Positions 59,400 to 64,000 of a DNA stretch of 64,000 bases are shown piece by piece. This stretch comes from Bigelowiella natans CCMP2755. Its lineage: Eukaryota > Protista > Cercozoa. The stretch's first letter is position 1. Each line of letters begins with the position of its first letter. The DNA is taken from contig ADNK01000785.1 in the NCBI GenBank assembly GCA_000320545.1, positions 1,007 through 65,006 on the forward strand, given 5' to 3'. A program made the translations under genes and the position numbers. Under the pieces are notes generated by a model. It searched no databases, was not told the origin of the DNA, and was given only the letters and a program-made list of their open reading frames with translations.

Positions 59400-62300
59400 T
59401 GTTGAGTATATTATATATCGGGGTTAACCCGCATATATTTATTAGTAGCGGTGTTGCTTAATTTAATACCAGCAACACCCTACAAATTCTATAGATTTTA
59501 TATAGGCTCACAGTTGCATAATTAACATGCCAACTGTAGCTCTATAGAATGATATTCTTTTGATATAAGCCAGCTTATTGCTGCATATAGTAATATATTG
59601 AAACCAGCCATATAACTGAACACTTATTGTGTCAGTATTAGCTCGGTATATAACTATAATTATAATATATCAGCTATGCTGCATACACTATAATTTCATA
59701 GTTCCTATTAAGTATAGAACACATATCAGCGTTAATTGCTGCATATATTTCAGATGTTAATATAACAGTTAATACAACTGTATGTATTCTATAGCGATAC
59801 TTACTGTAGTAAAGTATTACAAGTAATGTATCCTATAATTTATAGGTTTGTCTTGGACGCCTCCCCAGCAGCAGCAAGTGCTCCCCCCAGCCGCAGAGGC
59901 TAACGCCTCCCGAGCTGGAGAAGCTTGAGGCTTATAGGGGTTAGTATAACACCCCATACGGTATGTATGTTAACCATCACACACCGTGATAGACACCTAT
60001 ATATATAATATATATATACTATAGGTAGTGGAGGAGAAGCCTGGCGTCACGTATTAAGCGTCGACGCCAGCAACCATGTAGAAGGACTATTCCAGCCTAT
60101 CGTCACGTATTAAACGTCGACGGAGGCTAACGCCATGCCCCTTAAAGGCGACATGCGCCGGCTTAACCGGCGTTATAGAGGTACTATTTAGTACGTATAT
60201 TAGCGTAGAACTTCTGGCAACATGCCAGTGTCGGTGTTCGGCCTATAGGTTTAGTCAATATATCTGCAGGTTGTTCCTTGCCAGATATATGATATAGTCG
60301 TATAACGTCATCACGTATGAGTTGTCTAACGTTATGGTACGCAACCCTTATTGACTTAGACTTCTTTGTAAAGCCAGGGTTGGTGGCTATCCGGATGGCA
60401 GGCTGACAGTCTTCAAATACAGGTATTTTCATTAATATTTTCTTGTTAGGCTCGAAGCCTAATTCTTTAACTAACTGTGTAGCATATACTATATCACGCC
60501 CTAGCTGAGACATACTCATGTATTCAGCTTCGGCTATGTGATTAGCTACCACAGTCTGTCTGTGTGAGCCGTATAATACAGGGCCACCGCAGAACTGTAA
60601 GAAGTAACCTGATCTGCTTTTGCCATCCTTCTCAGTCATGTGAGTAGCATCGGCGTATCCCTCGAAGCCTCGCTCAGGTCGGTTGTAGCATATTTTATAG
60701 TGTTTAGTATTTAGTAAATACTTCATAACCCTATACGCCATTTTCAAGTGGCTTTCCCTTGGGTCCTGCGAATGTACTGCCAGTAGCGATAAGGCCGCGA
60801 CTATGTCCGGTCGTGTAGCTACTGCAACGTATAAACAGGCACCAATGACTGACCTAAATAATGTTTGATCTACTTTAGGTTCACTGCTACAGTCCTTCCT
60901 TATATCCATCGGAATCGGAGTCCGGGCGCGCTTAGAAGGTAAGATTTTAAATCTTTCACACATCTTCGTGATGTATTTTTCTTGACAGACAGAGTAACAA
61001 CCTCTGCTGTCTCTTTCTATCTGTAAACCTAAGCACTTTTGCACTGGGCCAAGATAGTGCATTTCGTATTCCTTCATTAAATTTTCAACAACGTAGTCTT
61101 TATCTTTCTCGTTTTGAAAACATAGAAGGGTATCGTCTACGTAGATGCCCACTATGACTTTTCTATCTTCTCCTCTGTCCAACACAAATAAGCATGGGTC
61201 TGTCTCCATTTGTTTGAAACCCATCTTAGTGAGAGACCTTACGAATGTTCGGTTCCATATGTATGCTGATTGTTTTAGACCGTAGATAGATTTATTTAAC
61301 TGACAGGCTGCATTAGCCCTGTCATTCATAATCTCTTCTTCTTGTTTACTCCTACAATCTCCTTTTTCTAACCCATCAGGTATTTCAAGGTAGACATCGG
61401 CGTCAATCTGGCCGTAGAGGTAAGCTGTACGTATGTCTATGTTGTGTATTATTAGCTTGTATCTGGAGCACAACGCTAATAGTATACGTAGAGATGCCTG
61501 TGAGAGAGTCGGTGCATACGAGCGAAACCATTCAACGCCTCGGCGTTGATCGAATCCTCTTGCCACCATACGAGACTTGTAGCGAATAGACCCGTCAGGG
61601 TTTAGTTTCTTTTTAAATACCCATTTAGTAGAAACTAACTTACCTTTCGGTCGTCTAACTATATCCCATGTATGTCTCTTAACTAACGATCTAATTTCAT
61701 CCTTTATTGATGGTAACCAATACTTCTTCTCAGGTCCAGTAACAGCCTCGCGGAAGGTTTTAGGTATGTCTAATATATCATGTACAGACACATCAACATC
61801 CTTTAATATAACCTCCCCGGTGCTTTGATCAAGAGCGGCGAACATACGTTCCGCCGTTTTTATCTTGTCATATTCTAATCGTGGATGTTTGTACTCTTCA
61901 GCGAATAAGCTATTGCCAGCATGGGCAACAGAGGTAATACACTGCTCTTCATCCTGCATGGCCTGAAAATCCATTAGAGCATAGACGCCGTAGTTAAGGC
62001 CTATCATCGCCGGAGGCACGTTCTTATTAGATCTCTTAGAGACTCTAGTAGGTAGTTGAGGTGCCTCCTTACGCTTATGCTTTGCTTTGTCTATCTCAGG
62101 CGCAGTTGAAGAACTCATTCCTCCCGTGGATATCGGCAGCTTTATAGGTAAAGGTAACGTAGTGTCTGCTCTCTCCTCACCATCATCCTTCTTAGTAGCG
62201 ATGGTAGCTGATGATGATGATGATGACATCGCATCTATCTTCTTAGCGAGAGTACTCAGCGTATCATGTAATGATTTAATAAAATCCATTACACTAGTAT

Positions 62301-64000
62301 TATTCGTACTATGAGAAGAAGATTCTGACTCATCTCTCTTCTTGCTCGCAGAAACCTCGCCTTTATCCATCTCGACGTCAGAGTCCTCAGGATCCCGATA
62401 TTGAGGTAGCTGTTGTCTTAGAGTAGCAGAGCGAAACACACTTTGATACCACTTATCCACATTCGCTTTTTCTATAATTTTACCGGTATCGGTACTGACT
62501 GTGTACGTGCCATGTCTCGTATCATATCCGAGCATGCGTACATACTGTCCAGTATCCTCTAACCGTGACCTTTTGCGCAATTGTTTATCCACCGATAGTA
62601 CACCGATACAGCCAAACACCACTAAATTACTCAGGTCTGGCTTCTTCTTGTAATAGAGCTCGTAGGGAGTCTTCGTGTTATCGGCAGAGTGAGGTGTTCG
62701 ATTCATAGTGTAGATCACATAATCTAACGCGTAACACCAATACCGTAACGATATACCGCATTGCTTTGTTATCGTACGTATTTTAGTCGTCACCGTTTGT
62801 ATCGCTCTCTCAGACATTCCGTTCTGTTCTGGCGTTCGCGGCGTACTAGGATTAAAGGTAATACCGTTCTTGTCTAGAAATTTCTGTAGCGAAGTAGCCG
62901 TAAATTCGGAGCCATTATCCGAACGGAATTCTACAATGTGCGACCCGTATGCGTTTTTATGCTTGCGCAATATACTGCGCGTAAGCGCCGGTATTTGCGA
63001 TTTCTTTTTAGCCTTAGCCGCGGTTATTCTACGTGTACCTTCGTGTACGTATACCACGAAGTACTTGTAACCGCGCACGCTACGCATTAAGCTTTTAGTG
63101 TCCGCGTGCATACGTTCGCTTTGGGCCGAGGTTGCTCCTGGCACACCTCGCCTTGCGCGTTTAGTGTTAGTCATATCACATGCTGCACAATTTATCTTTT
63201 TCAACTGATTAGGAGTTTTTAATCCAGTTGAACATTTTGCAACTTGTGATATTTTAGGTCGATTATAGTGTAGCAGCTTTCTGTGAAGCTCCACGGTATC
63301 ATCCATTTGATTATAGACCTGATCGACAGTACACTCAGGTACTTCGACACCACACGATACATCAATATCATATGACTGTATGTTGGTTGATTTTCTATTG
63401 TTGAGCATATTATGATTATCATCCAATACGGCATGATATAATCGATTTTTCATCTTGAAATGCATAATAGGCTCATTGTTTTTGAATACCAGGGTCTGGC
63501 CATTCGCGGTTTCTATACGACAACCGATTCTATCAATCTTTGATTGGGATATACAAGACAAAGAAGAATCAGGTGAGTATAACACTCCACTCAGCATTCC
63601 CCTTTTCTTTTTACCCGAGGGGAGTACGAAAGTTATTGGAACTCTCCCCTTGTGTGTTGCAGTATGGGTAACACCCTTCTTGCCAACACTCACTTTTCTT
63701 TTATTCAAGAGAGGGAGTAGGTGAGAGAAATATTTTTTATTATTGAAAATGTGCGTAGTTGCACCATTATCAAGTATTATTAGATTTTTAGTATCACATT
63801 CCGTGCTCTGCATGTAACAACCTCTCCCGAATAAATCATCTTCGTCCTCTGAGGAGCCGTATTCCTCATATTTTTTATTCTTTGTTTCCTGCTGCACGTA
63901 CATCGCCTCCTTCTTACTCTTCTTATCCTTTTACATTTTTCTAGACGGCGTTGTACTGCTTCTCGGTCAGTCGTCAATGTAATAGCATTCGCGTGCATAG
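59400..64000 (-). mobile_element. Ty1/Copia LTR retrotransposon, 5' part outside the window
   Basis: Pol in PR-IN-RT-RH order; likely 3' terminus ...tactcaaca (plus strand tgttgagta at 59400). Inner LTR boundary unresolved. Confidence 0.88.
60184..63903 (-). CDS. Copia Pol polyprotein (1239 aa)
   Basis: Protease ILDNGATTH; pre-integrase HRKLLH...CAAC; integrase HAD/RSDNGSEF/QNGMSER; RT KSRMVARG, KSIYGLKQS, YVDD; RNase H YADA/EAEY/ADILTK. Confidence 0.95.
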   Translation of the reverse strand: MYVQQETKNKKYEEYGSSEDEDDLFGRGCYMQSTECDTKNLIILDNGATTHIFNNKKYFSHLLPLLNKRKVSVGKKGVTHTATHKGRVPITFVLPSGKKKRGMLSGVLYSPDSSLSCISQSKIDRIGCRIETANGQTLVFKNNEPIMHFKMKNRLYHAVLDDNHNMLNNRKSTNIQSYDIDVSCGVEVPECTVDQVYNQMDDTVELHRKLLHYNRPKISQVAKCSTGLKTPNQLKKINCAACDMTNTKRARRGVPGATSAQSERMHADTKSLMRSVRGYKYFVVYVHEGTRRITAAKAKKKSQIPALTRSILRKHKNAYGSHIVEFRSDNGSEFTATSLQKFLDKNGITFNPSTPRTPEQNGMSERAIQTVTTKIRTITKQCGISLRYWCYALDYVIYTMNRTPHSADNTKTPYELYYKKKPDLSNLVVFGCIGVLSVDKQLRKRSRLEDTGQYVRMLGYDTRHGTYTVSTDTGKIIEKANVDKWYQSVFRSATLRQQLPQYRDPEDSDVEMDKGEVSASKKRDESESSSHSTNNTSVMDFIKSLHDTLSTLAKKIDAMSSSSSSATIATKKDDGEERADTTLPLPIKLPISTGGMSSSTAPEIDKAKHKRKEAPQLPTRVSKRSNKNVPPAMIGLNYGVYALMDFQAMQDEEQCITSVAHAGNSLFAEEYKHPRLEYDKIKTAERMFAALDQSTGEVILKDVDVSVHDILDIPKTFREAVTGPEKKYWLPSIKDEIRSLVKRHTWDIVRRPKGKLVSTKWVFKKKLNPDGSIRYKSRMVARGFDQRRGVEWFRSYAPTLSQASLRILLALCSRYKLIIHNIDIRTAYLYGQIDADVYLEIPDGLEKGDCRSKQEEEIMNDRANAACQLNKSIYGLKQSAYIWNRTFVRSLTKMGFKQMETDPCLFVLDRGEDRKVIVGIYVDDTLLCFQNEKDKDYVVENLMKEYEMHYLGPVQKCLGLQIERDSRGCYSVCQEKYITKMCERFKILPSKRARTPIPMDIRKDCSSEPKVDQTLFRSVIGACLYVAVATRPDIVAALSLLAVHSQDPRESHLKMAYRVMKYLLNTKHYKICYNRPERGFEGYADATHMTEKDGKSRSGYFLQFCGGPVLYGSHRQTVVANHIAEAEYMSMSQLGRDIVYATQLVKELGFEPNKKILMKIPVFEDCQPAIRIATNPGFTKKSKSIRVAYHNVRQLIRDDVIRLYHISGKEQPADILTKPIGRTPTLACCQKFYANIRTK

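Noticed and set aside
59400-59477. 78-bp TGTTG...CAACA as the complete Copia LTR
   Set aside because: Very short; the CAACA is one arm of a local hairpin and no convincing PPT adjoins it.

Overview
Intron-rich eukaryotic nuclear DNA: standard code, GT-AG introns packed with (CT)n/(AT)n/(GT)n/(ATC)n/(GTA)n microsatellites. The style suggests a protist such as a chlorarachniophyte, which is inference only. Exons were joined by eye. Positions 1-51.3 kb hold a partial EF-hand gene, eIF3e, a very large RCC1-repeat/mucin/multi-TM membrane protein gene, a UBC4/UBE2D E2, a PTP/dual-specificity phosphatase, a DUF2358-like fragment, NDUFAF5, a UBR1-type N-end-rule E3, an ETNPPL/PHYKPL-like class III aminotransferase and one unknown gene. 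Positions 52.5-64 kb are a retrotransposon nest: an intact Ty3/Gypsy element with 326-bp LTRs that look identical, and a Ty1/Copia element running off the right edge. Most notable: (1) old repeat tracts completely lack TpA, and repeat copies differ by TG/CA at exactly the inferred TA positions, suggesting a TpA->TpG/CpA 'reverse-RIP' process; (2) CTAG/CATG/TGCA/AGCT-rich tracts lie between convergent genes; (3) the Gypsy Pol ends in a degenerate DNA N6-adenine-methyltransferase-like domain; (4) a dense hairpin array follows Copia pol; (5) the giant membrane protein has Prm1/prominin/DC-STAMP-like topology.
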